Source: Vicinamibacterales bacterium (GTDB lineage: Bacteria; Acidobacteriota; Vicinamibacteria; Vicinamibacterales; UBA2999). Taken from it: 64,000 nt of DNA. Shown here in pieces: positions 1 through 13,456 of the stretch. The notes beneath the pieces were generated by a model. The model did no database searches. It was not told where the DNA came from and saw only the letters and a program-made list of their open reading frames with translations. Within the stretch, counting starts at the first letter, position 1; each line of letters begins with the position of its first letter. The translations under genes were made by a program, and so were the position numbers. The DNA lies in contig JBFWOG010000002.1 in NCBI GenBank assembly GCA_050250645.1, positions 71,691 through 135,690 of the forward strand, read 5' to 3'.

Positions 1-476
<476 letters not shown>

Positions 477-483
477 AGACGTC

Positions 484-4719
<4,236 letters not shown>

Positions 4720-4721
4720 TC

Positions 4722-4863
4722 AGGAAACAAGAATCAAGAAACAAGAAAGGGCCGCTTGGGTTTTCCCAAGCGGCCCTTCGTGCGTTTGCGCCGGACTGCG
4801 ACGTCTCGGTTCCGGCGGCGTGATTCGTGATTCTTGATTCGTGATTCTTGATTCTTGATTCCC
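4722..4863. repeat. Inverted period-7 tandem repeat arms flanking a GC hairpin: 4x AAGAAWC at 4722-4749 and 6x GATTCKT at 4822-4863
   Basis: Read directly: AGGAAAC AAGAATC AAGAAAC AAGAAAG ... GATTCGT GATTCTT GATTCGT GATTCTT GATTCTT GATTCCC. The right unit is the reverse complement of the left unit. Low-GC island in a high-GC genome. Confidence 0.85.
4749..4776. terminator. Bidirectional intrinsic-terminator-like hairpin between convergent rpoC and the TauE-like gene
   Basis: GGGCCGCTTGGG-TTTT-CCCAAGCGGCCC, a perfect 12-bp stem. The T-rich tail (TTTCTTGTTTCTTG) is on the minus-strand reading. The plus-strand tail is weaker (TTCGTGCGTTT). Confidence 0.6.
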
Positions 4864-4873
4864 GTCGAAGGGA

Positions 4874-5788
4874 TCAAGCGACGGGCGCCGATTCCGCCGC
4901 GAGGTCCGCCCGCTTCTCGACCGCGGCCGAGCGCAGCATCGAGATGGAGGTGTAGAGGATGACGGCGAGGACCAGGATCCGCACCATCGTCGTCGGGAGC
5001 GAGGTGACCAGCCAGATGGCGAGCAGCACGGCCAGCGGGCCGCCGAGGGCGAGGCCGAGGGCGGCGCGCAGGTTGTAGGCCTCCTTGCGCGCGAACTGGA
5101 GGCTCGCGACGGGCATCAGGAAGGCGCACGAGCCCATCATGATCGGGAAGGCGGCCGTCGGGTCCATGCCGAGCACGCTGATGAGGACCATGCACGGGGC
5201 GTAGAGCCCGACGCCGAGCGTCATCAGCGCGCCCAGGAGGAAGTTGCCGCCGATGCCGATGGCGAGCTTCGTCCCCGACAGGGCGAGCGCGGTGCCGCCC
5301 GGGGCGAGGTCGAGCAGCTGGGCCAGCACGACCACCGAGGCGCCCAGCAGGGCCGTGCCCATCCCGACCTGCACCATCCGCCGGGACAGGCCCGAGACGA
5401 CCCCGGCCCCCAGCCACGCGCCGGCGCAGGCGGCGGCGATCATCAGGAACAGCGTCCGGAACTCCACCTCGACGACGGCGATGAAGACGAGGGCCTGCAC
5501 GACGGCGTTGATCGTGTGGCCGACGTTCAGGGTGCCGGGGATCTGCTCGTCCGGGACGAGCTTCCAGAACTTGTACGAGGCGGTGGTCGTCGCGAACGAC
5601 CCGATGCCGAGCGTGTCGAAGAAGTTCGTCACCGCGCCGATTGCGAGGTGGATGGGGCGCGGCGCCACGGGCTCGTGCGCCCCGTGGCCGCCGGCGGCGA
5701 GCTTCTTCCGGGCCATCGTGAACCAGCCGACGAGGTAACTGAGCGTGAGGGCCACGAGCGCGGCCAGCAGGATGGTCTTGGCGTCCAT
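4874..5788 (-). CDS. Polytopic membrane protein, probably a TauE/SafE (DUF81) family anion exporter
   Basis: 304 aa with about 8 hydrophobic Gly/Ala-rich segments. Overall resemblance to DUF81 permeases is from recall, with no diagnostic motif. Last gene of a minus-strand operon. Confidence 0.55.
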   Translation of the reverse strand: MDAKTILLAALVALTLSYLVGWFTMARKKLAAGGHGAHEPVAPRPIHLAIGAVTNFFDTLGIGSFATTTASYKFWKLVPDEQIPGTLNVGHTINAVVQALVFIAVVEVEFRTLFLMIAAACAGAWLGAGVVSGLSRRMVQVGMGTALLGASVVVLAQLLDLAPGGTALALSGTKLAIGIGGNFLLGALMTLGVGLYAPCMVLISVLGMDPTAAFPIMMGSCAFLMPVASLQFARKEAYNLRAALGLALGGPLAVLLAIWLVTSLPTTMVRILVLAVILYTSISMLRSAAVEKRADLAAESAPVA

Positions 5789-5812
5789 GTGTGTCCTGGA
5801 GAAAGGGGAAGG

Positions 5813-6493
5813 TCAGCCGACGAACTTGTACCCCGACCCGTGGATGGTCAGGATGTGCTCGGGGGCGTGGGGAGCGCGCTCGATCTTCTGGCGGAGCTTG
5901 GCGACGAAGTTGTCGATGGTCCGCGTGGTCGGGAACTCCTCGTACCCCCAGACCTCGTTGAGGATCTGCTCGCGGGTGACGACCTCGCCGGTGTGCTGGA
6001 CGAAGTAGCGCAGGAGGTCGAACTCGCGCGCGGTGAAGTCGACGCGCGCCCGGCCGCGCCGGGCCTGGTGCAGCTTGAAGTCGATCTCGATGTCGCCGAT
6101 GCGGACGACGTCGCTCGTGCCCTTCTGGGTGCCGGCGCGGCGGAGGACGGCGCGGACGCGGGCGAGGAGCTCGGTGATCGAGAACGGCTTGGTGACGTAG
6201 TCGTCCGCGCCGAGCTCGAGGCCGAGCACCTTGTCGGTCTCGGCCGAGCGGGCGGTGAGCATCACCACGGGGGTGGTGTTGGAACGGGCGCGCAGCTCCC
6301 GGCAGACGTCGAAGCCGTTCTTGCGGGGCAGCATGACGTCCAGGATCACGAGGTCGGGCCCGAACGCGGCCGCCTTGCTCAGGCCCTCCTCGCCGTCGGC
6401 CGCCGTGGCGACCTCGTAGCCCTCGAGCTCGAGGTTGTCACGCAGGCCGAGCAGCATCTGCGGCTCGTCCTCGATCACCAGAATCCGTGTCAT
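5813..6493 (-). CDS. OmpR/PhoB-family response regulator
   Basis: MTRILVIEDE... receiver (LVILDVMLP) plus a C-terminal winged helix (...LTIHGSGYKFV). Start set at the canonical MTRILV Met (6493) rather than the ORF-track start at 6598. Confidence 0.9.
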   Translation of the reverse strand: MTRILVIEDEPQMLLGLRDNLELEGYEVATAADGEEGLSKAAAFGPDLVILDVMLPRKNGFDVCRELRARSNTTPVVMLTARSAETDKVLGLELGADDYVTKPFSITELLARVRAVLRRAGTQKGTSDVVRIGDIEIDFKLHQARRGRARVDFTAREFDLLRYFVQHTGEVVTREQILNEVWGYEEFPTTRTIDNFVAKLRQKIERAPHAPEHILTIHGSGYKFVG

Positions 6494-8264
6494 GCGCGTC
6501 TCCGTGGGCCGCAGCCTCGGCCGGAATGGGGAAGTGCAGCGTGAAGGTGCTCCCGCGGTCGGGCTCGCTCTCGACCCCGACGAAGCCGCCGTGTCCACGC
6601 ATGGTGTGGTCCACGATCGCCAGGCCGAGCCCGCACCCCTGCGGGCCGCCGCCGAGGCCGCTCTCCACCCGGTAGAACTTGCGGAAGATCCGCCGCTGCT
6701 CGCGCCGCGGGATGCCGATCCCGTGGTCGGTCACGCTCAGGCAGGCGTGGTGGCCCTCCCGGCGGACGGTCACCTCGATGTGGCGGGCCTCCCCCGAGTA
6801 CTTCATGGCGTTGTTCAGCAGGTTCTCGACCGCCTGCTCGACGGCGTCGCCGTCGACCGGCACCTGGGGCAGGCCGGGTTCGATGTTGGCGGTGACCGTG
6901 AAGCCGCTCTGCGTGAGCTGGCTGTCCATCTCCTTGAGCACGTGCGTGGCGATCTCGCCGAGGTCGGACGGGGCCGTGCGGTACGGCCGCAGCCCCGCCT
7001 CCATCTTCGAGAAGTCCAGGATGTTGTCGATGAGCCGCGTCAGCTTGCGCGCCTCGCCGTTGATGATCCGGTAGTACTCGACGGCCCGCTCGGTGTTCCG
7101 CACGCGCCCGAGTTCCAGCGTCTCCGCGAAGAGCTGGATGAGCGCCAGGGGGGTCTTGAGATCGTGCGAGACGGCGGCCACGAAGTTGGACTTGAGCTCG
7201 GCCACCCGGACTTCCCGCGCCGCGGCGCCCGCCACCAGGAAGACGCCGCAGCTCATGACCAGCGCCAGGACGATCATCAGCGCGATCTGGGGGCGGGTGC
7301 TCGCGCTGATGATCTCGGGGATCGTCTGCGGCCCGTAGCCGGTCCGGAGCCGCCAGATCTCGCGGTGCTGCTCGTAGGGCGCGGCGAACTCGAGCAGCTC
7401 CTTGTCGAAGAAGACGAGCGGGAAGCTCCGCTCGTCGACGTACACGTCGCCCGTGCCGCCCGGGACGGTCGAGAACACGAGCGCGCCGGTGTCGTCCCGG
7501 AGGCTGACCTCGAGCGGCGGGAAGCCCGTCGGCCCCTGGACCGACGCGAGGCGCGTCTTGACGAGCCCGGGCACGTACTCCTTGCGGAGCCGCTCGGCGT
7601 CCACCACGAACGCGACGAAGCTCGTCAGCCGGTCGCGCGCCGGCGTCGAGAAGCGGATCTGCGCCTGGATGTACTTGGGGCGGCCGTCGATCTCCGCCGT
7701 GAAGGCGACGATGGCGCGCCGGTAGGACGCCATCTCCTGGAGGCGGGGCAGCAGCCCGGCCGCCAGGTCGGTGTCCTCGCGGAACCGCTGCTCGACCGCG
7801 CCACCCGTCCGTTCCAGGCTCTTGTGGTCGAACACGAACCACTTGTCGGCCAGCGGCGGCGCCGCCACCTCCGACCACACCCAGAAGGCCTCCACGAACG
7901 GGCTCTCGAGCAGCCCCTCCTCGAGCACCGGCTCGATCCACGCGAGGTCCAGCGGCTCGCTGCGCGCCTGCGGCACGCGCAGCAGCACGCTGATGTGCGG
8001 CCGCTTGAGCGACTCCTCGATGGCCTTGCTCACCGAGTCCGCCGTGTCGCTGCTCAGCTGGCGCAGCACGACGGCCGACGTCGTCTCGATGTCGTTGAGG
8101 GACTGGAACTGGAAGTAGAAGAGGACCGCGACCGGGATCGCGACGACGATGGCCAGGCCCGCGGCGAAGCGCACCCCGCGGTCGTACAGCAGCTGGCTGA
8201 ACGCGCTCGGGCGCGTGCCGCCTCCGCTCGACGCCGACGACGCACGATTGGACGACTCTGCCAT
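6438..8264 (-). CDS. Sensor histidine kinase with two TM segments flanking a large extracytoplasmic domain
   Basis: H-box AVSHDLKTPL, N-box LLNNAMKYS, G-box GCGLGLAIV. Start at MAESSNR (8264). The 3' end overlaps the RR start by 56 nt in another frame. Confidence 0.88.
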   Translation of the reverse strand: MAESSNRASSASSGGGTRPSAFSQLLYDRGVRFAAGLAIVVAIPVAVLFYFQFQSLNDIETTSAVVLRQLSSDTADSVSKAIEESLKRPHISVLLRVPQARSEPLDLAWIEPVLEEGLLESPFVEAFWVWSEVAAPPLADKWFVFDHKSLERTGGAVEQRFREDTDLAAGLLPRLQEMASYRRAIVAFTAEIDGRPKYIQAQIRFSTPARDRLTSFVAFVVDAERLRKEYVPGLVKTRLASVQGPTGFPPLEVSLRDDTGALVFSTVPGGTGDVYVDERSFPLVFFDKELLEFAAPYEQHREIWRLRTGYGPQTIPEIISASTRPQIALMIVLALVMSCGVFLVAGAAAREVRVAELKSNFVAAVSHDLKTPLALIQLFAETLELGRVRNTERAVEYYRIINGEARKLTRLIDNILDFSKMEAGLRPYRTAPSDLGEIATHVLKEMDSQLTQSGFTVTANIEPGLPQVPVDGDAVEQAVENLLNNAMKYSGEARHIEVTVRREGHHACLSVTDHGIGIPRREQRRIFRKFYRVESGLGGGPQGCGLGLAIVDHTMRGHGGFVGVESEPDRGSTFTLHFPIPAEAAAHGDAHDTDSGDRGRAADAARPA

Positions 8265-8317
8265 CGGTGCTTCCCACGCGGCCGCTCCCGCGGCCGGATT
8301 CCGGCGCCCTCTGCGCC

Positions 8318-9667
8318 CTAGGCCTTCGCCAGCTGCGCCGTCAGCCAGTCGTTGACCGTGCCCCACCCGGGCAGGTCGGGCCGCTGCCCGACCAGTGCCC
8401 AGAGGATGGCGTGCGTCTCGGCCAGCAGTTGCCGCCGGTAGTCGCCCGGTGGCAGGGCGGCCGTCGCCCGCTGCAACTCCCGGAGCGCCCCGGCCCCGTC
8501 CCCCGTGGCCAGCCGGCAGAGCGCCAGCCGGCTCGCCTGCACCGGGTTCTGCGCCGGATCGCGCCGCTGGCCGTCCGCGTATGCCGACAGCGCGGCCTGG
8601 TAGCGCCCCTGGAGGAACAGGGTATGGCCGAGATTGTAATAGCCGAAGGCCTGATCCGGGCAGCGTTCGATCACGGCGCGGAAGGCCGCCTCGGATTCGG
8701 CCAGGCGGCCGAGCTCCCGGCGGACGACGCCGATGTTGTTCAGGGTCTGGGCGTTCTCGCGGTCGTGGGCAAGCGCGTGCTCGAAGGCGGCCAGCGCCTC
8801 GGCGGCGCGGTCGCGCTCCCCCAGCGTCGCGCCCAGGTTGGCCCAGGCCGGCGCGAACGCCGGCATCCGGTCGGCGGCGGCCTGGAAGGCGTCGCCGGCA
8901 CGGTCCATGTCGTCCAGGCGCAGCCACAGCTTGCCGTGCTCGAAGTGGGCGGCCGGCCACTCGGGGGAGGCCGCGAGCACGGCGTCCAGGTCGCGTCGCG
9001 CGGCCTCGAGGTCGTTGATCTCCATGGCGATGCTGGCCATGGCGAGGCGGACGCCCGGGCCCCGGTCCCGTGAGGCCGCCTCGACGCCGAGCCGGAGGCG
9101 TTCTTCGGGGCTGCCGGCGCGCATGGCCAGCGCGAGCAGCGCCTCCGGGCCGTCGCCGTCTCCGGCCGCGCCGCCGGCGGCGGCCGCCGCCGGGGCCGCG
9201 CCAGGGGCCGCCGTCGTCGCGACCCAGGCCGAGGCGAACGGGCCGCGACGGGCGGCAATCTCGGGCGCCTCCGCCGCGAGGCCGTCCGCGTCGCCGGTGG
9301 CGAGCAGCAGGACGTCCGGGCGGTCGCCGGCGGCATCGAGCCACGACTGGGCCAGGTAGACGGGCTGGGTGGTGACGAGGCGGGTGCCGTTGGCCTGGCG
9401 GTTGACGAAGGCCTCGTCGAGGTGCGTGGCCCAGAGCACGGCAGGGCTGTCGGGGAGCTCCGGCCAGAGCGGGTGCCGGAAGGGCCACTCGCGCGCGGGC
9501 GGCAGCGTGAGCACGACCGTCCCCGGGTGCCGCTCGCGGAAGGCCGCCAGCACCGCGGCCGCGGCCGTCTCGTCGGAGACGATCGCGAGCCGGGCGTCGG
9601 TCGGGGGGGCCGGCACGGCGGGAGCCGCGTCCCCCAGCCGGGCCAGGAATCGATCGGCGGAAATCAC
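8318..9667 (-). CDS. TPR-repeat protein with an uncharacterised N-terminal half
   Basis: 449 aa. The C-terminal ~230 aa show 34-residue TPR-like periodicity (e.g. AWANLGATLGERDRAAEALAAFEHALAHD, YYNLGHTLFLQGRYQAALSAYADG). First gene of the TPR-HK-RR-TauE operon. Confidence 0.7.
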   Translation of the reverse strand: MISADRFLARLGDAAPAVPAPPTDARLAIVSDETAAAAVLAAFRERHPGTVVLTLPPAREWPFRHPLWPELPDSPAVLWATHLDEAFVNRQANGTRLVTTQPVYLAQSWLDAAGDRPDVLLLATGDADGLAAEAPEIAARRGPFASAWVATTAAPGAAPAAAAAGGAAGDGDGPEALLALAMRAGSPEERLRLGVEAASRDRGPGVRLAMASIAMEINDLEAARRDLDAVLAASPEWPAAHFEHGKLWLRLDDMDRAGDAFQAAADRMPAFAPAWANLGATLGERDRAAEALAAFEHALAHDRENAQTLNNIGVVRRELGRLAESEAAFRAVIERCPDQAFGYYNLGHTLFLQGRYQAALSAYADGQRRDPAQNPVQASRLALCRLATGDGAGALRELQRATAALPPGDYRRQLLAETHAILWALVGQRPDLPGWGTVNDWLTAQLAKA

Positions 9668-9740
9668 GGCAACTTCTGGACGGATATCGAGTTAAGGCGC
9701 CGTGACAACGCTATCACGAACGGTAGGGGGAGGGTAGGGC

Positions 9741-9771
9741 GGGGCCGCCGCACGATGTCAGCGGCGGCCCC
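9741..9771 (-). terminator. GC hairpin downstream of the TonB-dependent receptor gene
   Basis: GGGGCCGCCGC-acgatgtca-GCGGCGGCCCC, an 11-bp perfect stem 21 nt after the stop. No U-tract follows on the minus-strand reading. Confidence 0.45.
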
Positions 9772-9791
9772 GCGGTCCCCGGGTCGGCGGG

Positions 9792-12623
9792 CTAGAACTC
9801 GAAGCGGAACGCGACCTGGATCGTGCGCGGGTCCAGCGTCGCGACGATGCGGTTGTAGTTGCTGCTGTTGGTGATCACGAAGTTCGAGGTCGGGTTGGCG
9901 TTGAGCGCGTTGAAGATGTCCAGCATGGCGGCCACGCGGAAGCGGCCGACGCGCACCGCCTTGTCCACGCGGAAGTCGACCATCGAGACCGTGTCCGAAT
10001 ACTGGTTGTCGAGGTCGTCGGCGAAGAACTGGGCGGTGCCGGCGTTGGGCAGGCTGACGGTGACCACCCGGGTGTAGCCGTAGCCGCTCTGCGCGCGGTA
10101 GTTCACGCCGAGGCCGATGTCGTACTTGAACACGTAGCGCCCGATGAGGCGCGCCTGCCAGTTGGTGGTCTGCTGGCGGTTGGGCACGTCCGGCCGGACG
10201 TTCTGGAAGTAGCCGACGCCCAGCGGGTCGGTGCTGAGCGGGCTCGTGGTGACGCTGATCGTGCTGGCGCCGTTGCCGCCGCGCAGCTCGTCGCGCCACT
10301 GGTAGTCGAAGCTGCCCTGGAGGAAGAACCCGCCCGGGAAGCGCTTGTTCAGGCCGAACTGGACCGTGTCGTAGTTGTAGTCGGCGCCGGGCCAGTTCGT
10401 GTAGACGTTCTGCACCACGCCGCGCAGCGAGGCCGGGATGTCGAACACGTTGAACGTCTCGCGCCCGGTGACGCCCTGCCCGTACTCCTGCAGGTTGACG
10501 GCGACGGCCGTCGGCACCGTGAACTGCCCGTCGCGGGCGACGTTCGTGATGCCGGTGTTGTTGCGCGACATCTTGCGGACGTAGGCCACGCGGACCGACG
10601 ACTCGCCCCAGAACTGGTGCTCGATCGCCGTCGAGATCTCGTCGGCGTACGGCGCCTTGAAGTCCTCGTCGATCGTCGTCGAGATGCCGCCGCGCGCCGA
10701 CACCAGGGTGCCCAGCTCCGAGATCCCGTCGTACAGCCGGTTCCCGTTGAGGTCGAGGAACTTGTAGATGCGGTAGTTCTCGCCGCCCGGGTTCGCGTTG
10801 TTGGCCAGCACCGTGCCGAGCTCGTTGAAGAAGCGGCCCCAGAACGCCTTGACCACGGTGGCGCCGCCGCCGAAGGCGTAGTTGACGCCGATGCGGGGCG
10901 CGACGTTGTGCTTGCTCTTGAAGGTGCGGCCCGGGGTCTCGCGTGTCGGGAAGATCTCGGAGAGCTGCGGGGCGCGCTGGCCCGCCTTGTACGACCCGGT
11001 CTGGCGGTCGTAGCGCACGCCGGCCAGGATCGTGAGGCGGTCGTTCGGGCTCCACCGGTCCTGCAGGAACGCGGTGAGGATCTGGTTGCGGTTCCGCGGC
11101 CCGTCCCAGGTCGAGTAGAGGCTGTCGATGGTGCCGACGTCCACGACCTCGATCTCGTCGGTCAGCCCGTTGCGGTCGCGGTAGCGGATCGGTCCCGACT
11201 GGCCGTTGATGACCGTCGTCTCGTCGTCGTCGACCCAGCCGCCGCCGAACTTGATGTCGTGGCTGCCCGTCGTGGTCGGCAGGAAGTAGGTCGAGGTGAG
11301 CAGGACCTGCGGCCGGAAGGGCCGGTTGGTGAAGGCGTTCCACCCGGCGCCGCTGTTCGCGTTGGTCGCCGTGTCGATGCGGGGCGGGCTGTCGACCGGG
11401 CTGACGTTGGGGACCATGGGCCAGTCGAAGCCGTGGAAGCCGTACCGGAGGTCGGTGTAGAAGCGGTTCGACCAGACGCGCTGCCACTGGAGCTTCCCGG
11501 TCCAGTACGGGCTGTCCTGCTCGAGGACCGACTCCTTCGGCGTCGTGGCCGACAGGCCCCGGAGCGGCTTGTACTTCCACCCCCACTGGTAGTGGCCGGT
11601 GATCGTGTCCTTCTGCGAGAGCTTGAAGGTGACCTTCGACATGCTCTCGTGGAAGATCCCCAGGTCGGTCGCGATCGCGCGCGGCACGCCCGACACCAGC
11701 TTGTCGATCTTGAAGTAGTTGTACGACTGGTAGAACCACAGCCGGTCGCGCTTGATCGGCCCGCCGAGGTCGGTGTGGACCTCGCCGTACGACAGGTTCG
11801 GGTTGCCCGTGAACCCCCGGGCCCGCGTGGCATCGTCCACGTTGTCCGACACCATGCCCTCGGTCTGGATCGAGAGGTTGTTCAGGGAGCGGAACTCGTT
11901 GCCGCCGCTCTTGATCGTGAGGGCGATGGCCGCGCCAGGGCTGTTGATCTCGACGTCGCCGCCGGCCGCGCTCACCGCGATCTCCTCCTGCGAGTAGGAG
12001 TTCGGGTAGTTCCCCTCGGACTGGATGCCGTCGATCGTGAACTGGCTCTGGCCCCGGATGCCGAAGCCCTCGTAGCCGAGCGCCTGGCTCTTGTGGCTGC
12101 CGCCGACGTCGTAGCCCTGCATCCGGACGCCGGGGGACTGGGCGAGCACGGCCCACATGTCGGTCGCCGTCGGGATCCCCGTGAGCTTCTCCTTGTCGAA
12201 GGTCGTGCCGACCGCGGTGGTGGTGACGTCGACGACAGGGGACTCGCCGGTGACGGTGACGGACTCCTCGAGGGTGGCGACCTGGAGGGTCGCATCGACC
12301 GAGAGCGTCTGCCCGAGGCGGAGGACGATGCCCTCGCGGTTCATCGTCTGGAAGCCCGGGATCTCGAAGCTGAGGACATAGGTGCCGCCCGGGAGCGACG
12401 GGAAGCGGTAGCGGCCATCCGACTCCGTGATGGCGGCCTGGGTGCCGATGAGCGACGTCGACCGCGCGGTCACGGTCACCCCCGGCAGCACGCCGCCCTG
12501 CGCGTCGACGACGACGCCGGTGAGGCGGGCCTGTTCGATCTGTGCGTGGGCGGGCGCGGCGAGCCCGAGCACGAAGAGCGCGATTGCGACGCGCCCGGCG
12601 GTTCGTCCAGCAAGTGTCGTCAC
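9792..12623 (-). CDS. TonB-dependent outer-membrane receptor with an N-terminal carboxypeptidase-regulatory-like domain
   Basis: 943 aa with a signal peptide (...APAHAQ) and a CarboxypepD_reg-like segment (LTGVVVDAQGGVLPGVTVTA...DGRYRFPSLPGGTY). Long beta-rich body with a C-terminal ...VAFRFEF beta-signal. GTG start preceded by GGGAGA. Confidence 0.85.
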   Translation of the reverse strand: MTTLAGRTAGRVAIALFVLGLAAPAHAQIEQARLTGVVVDAQGGVLPGVTVTARSTSLIGTQAAITESDGRYRFPSLPGGTYVLSFEIPGFQTMNREGIVLRLGQTLSVDATLQVATLEESVTVTGESPVVDVTTTAVGTTFDKEKLTGIPTATDMWAVLAQSPGVRMQGYDVGGSHKSQALGYEGFGIRGQSQFTIDGIQSEGNYPNSYSQEEIAVSAAGGDVEINSPGAAIALTIKSGGNEFRSLNNLSIQTEGMVSDNVDDATRARGFTGNPNLSYGEVHTDLGGPIKRDRLWFYQSYNYFKIDKLVSGVPRAIATDLGIFHESMSKVTFKLSQKDTITGHYQWGWKYKPLRGLSATTPKESVLEQDSPYWTGKLQWQRVWSNRFYTDLRYGFHGFDWPMVPNVSPVDSPPRIDTATNANSGAGWNAFTNRPFRPQVLLTSTYFLPTTTGSHDIKFGGGWVDDDETTVINGQSGPIRYRDRNGLTDEIEVVDVGTIDSLYSTWDGPRNRNQILTAFLQDRWSPNDRLTILAGVRYDRQTGSYKAGQRAPQLSEIFPTRETPGRTFKSKHNVAPRIGVNYAFGGGATVVKAFWGRFFNELGTVLANNANPGGENYRIYKFLDLNGNRLYDGISELGTLVSARGGISTTIDEDFKAPYADEISTAIEHQFWGESSVRVAYVRKMSRNNTGITNVARDGQFTVPTAVAVNLQEYGQGVTGRETFNVFDIPASLRGVVQNVYTNWPGADYNYDTVQFGLNKRFPGGFFLQGSFDYQWRDELRGGNGASTISVTTSPLSTDPLGVGYFQNVRPDVPNRQQTTNWQARLIGRYVFKYDIGLGVNYRAQSGYGYTRVVTVSLPNAGTAQFFADDLDNQYSDTVSMVDFRVDKAVRVGRFRVAAMLDIFNALNANPTSNFVITNSSNYNRIVATLDPRTIQVAFRFEF

Positions 12624-12939
12624 GGCGTCTCCCTCATGTATGGCAAGTCACGTGTCGTCAACGGGTCCATGGGTGGGCCGACCGCGCGGACTGTAGCACC
12701 GGGCGTGTATCGAATTTGTTGCAAGTTGTTCGCAAGCTGAGCCGTGATCGGCGCTGACAGGCAGGTTGGTGTCTCGTGGCGCGGGGGCGCCACGCGGCCG
12801 CGAGGCCGCGGCGCGCAGGCGTCGCCACGGGCGCACTGGGTGGCCGCGCGGAGCAGGGCCCGGCGCGGGTCGCCGCGCGCCGCGTGCCCGCGGCCCCGGC
12901 GCGATTACAACCGGAGACGTCCTGCAGGCGACAGAAGCG

Positions 12940-12945
12940 TATAAT
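12940..12945 (+). promoter_or_regulatory. Candidate -10 box (TATAAT) for the Rieske/cytochrome b operon
   Basis: Perfect TATAAT 22 nt upstream of the ATG at 12968 in an otherwise GC-rich spacer. No convincing -35 was seen. Confidence 0.35.
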
Positions 12946-12967
12946 GCCCCGTCATCTTTGTAGCTGC

Positions 12968-13453
12968 ATGAGCACACAGACCGAACCCGTGGAGTCCATG
13001 GGGCGTCGCGGCTTCTTCGTCCGGACCATCGCCGCCGTGCACGCCGCCATTGGAGCGACCCTCACGTTCATCGTCGGCGGCGCGGTCCTCGCGCCAAGCT
13101 TTTCGCGGCGTGAGGCCACCTGGCTTCCGGCGGCCGACCTGAATGCCCTTCGCGACAACGAACCGGTGTCCGTCACCCTGCGCGTGACCCGCCAGGATGG
13201 CTACGCCCAGGTCGTCGACCGCAAGGTCGTCTACCTGGTCCGGACCGGCGACGGCGGCGTCCGCGCCCTCGACTCCACCTGCACGCATCTTGGCTGCCGG
13301 ACGAGCTACGACCCCGCGTCGGGGCGCATCAAGTGCCCCTGTCACGGGGGGCAGTTCGACACGACCGGGAAGGTCCTGGACGGGCCGCCGCCGGCGCCGC
13401 TCAGGACCCTCGAGACCCGCGTCGACGACGGCCGGGTCATGGTGCAGGTGTAG
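12968..13453 (+). CDS. Rieske [2Fe-2S] subunit of a cytochrome bc-type complex
   Basis: CTHLGCR...CPCHGGQF Rieske boxes and a twin-arginine-like RRGFFV followed by a TM helix. Start moved to MSTQTEP (the ORF-track 5' extension is Arg/Ala junk). Confidence 0.9.
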   Translation: MSTQTEPVESMGRRGFFVRTIAAVHAAIGATLTFIVGGAVLAPSFSRREATWLPAADLNALRDNEPVSVTLRVTRQDGYAQVVDRKVVYLVRTGDGGVRALDSTCTHLGCRTSYDPASGRIKCPCHGGQFDTTGKVLDGPPPAPLRTLETRVDDGRVMVQV

Positions 13454-13456
13454 CCG

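Noticed and set aside
4722-4863. Possibility that the heptamer arrays (also at 15061-15196, 32594-32642, 36062-36089) are CRISPR arrays or mobile-element termini.
   Set aside because: The period is only 7 nt with no spacers, so they are not CRISPR. No transposase or integrase, no target-site duplications and no longer terminal inverted repeats were seen, so MITE or IS status is unsupported from this window alone.
6438-9488. 1016-aa ORF that would fuse the histidine kinase to ~400 upstream residues.
   Set aside because: The upstream part is Arg/Pro/Gly junk overlapping the real TPR gene in another frame. A bona fide start (MAESSNR, followed by a TM segment) exists at 8264.
9668-9740. Imperfect palindrome GTGACAACGCTATCAC upstream of the TPR-HK-RR-TauE operon as an operator, and TTGTCA-16-TATCCG as its promoter.
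   Set aside because: The match to promoter consensus is weak and the palindrome is short and imperfect. The evidence is not enough to list it as a feature.
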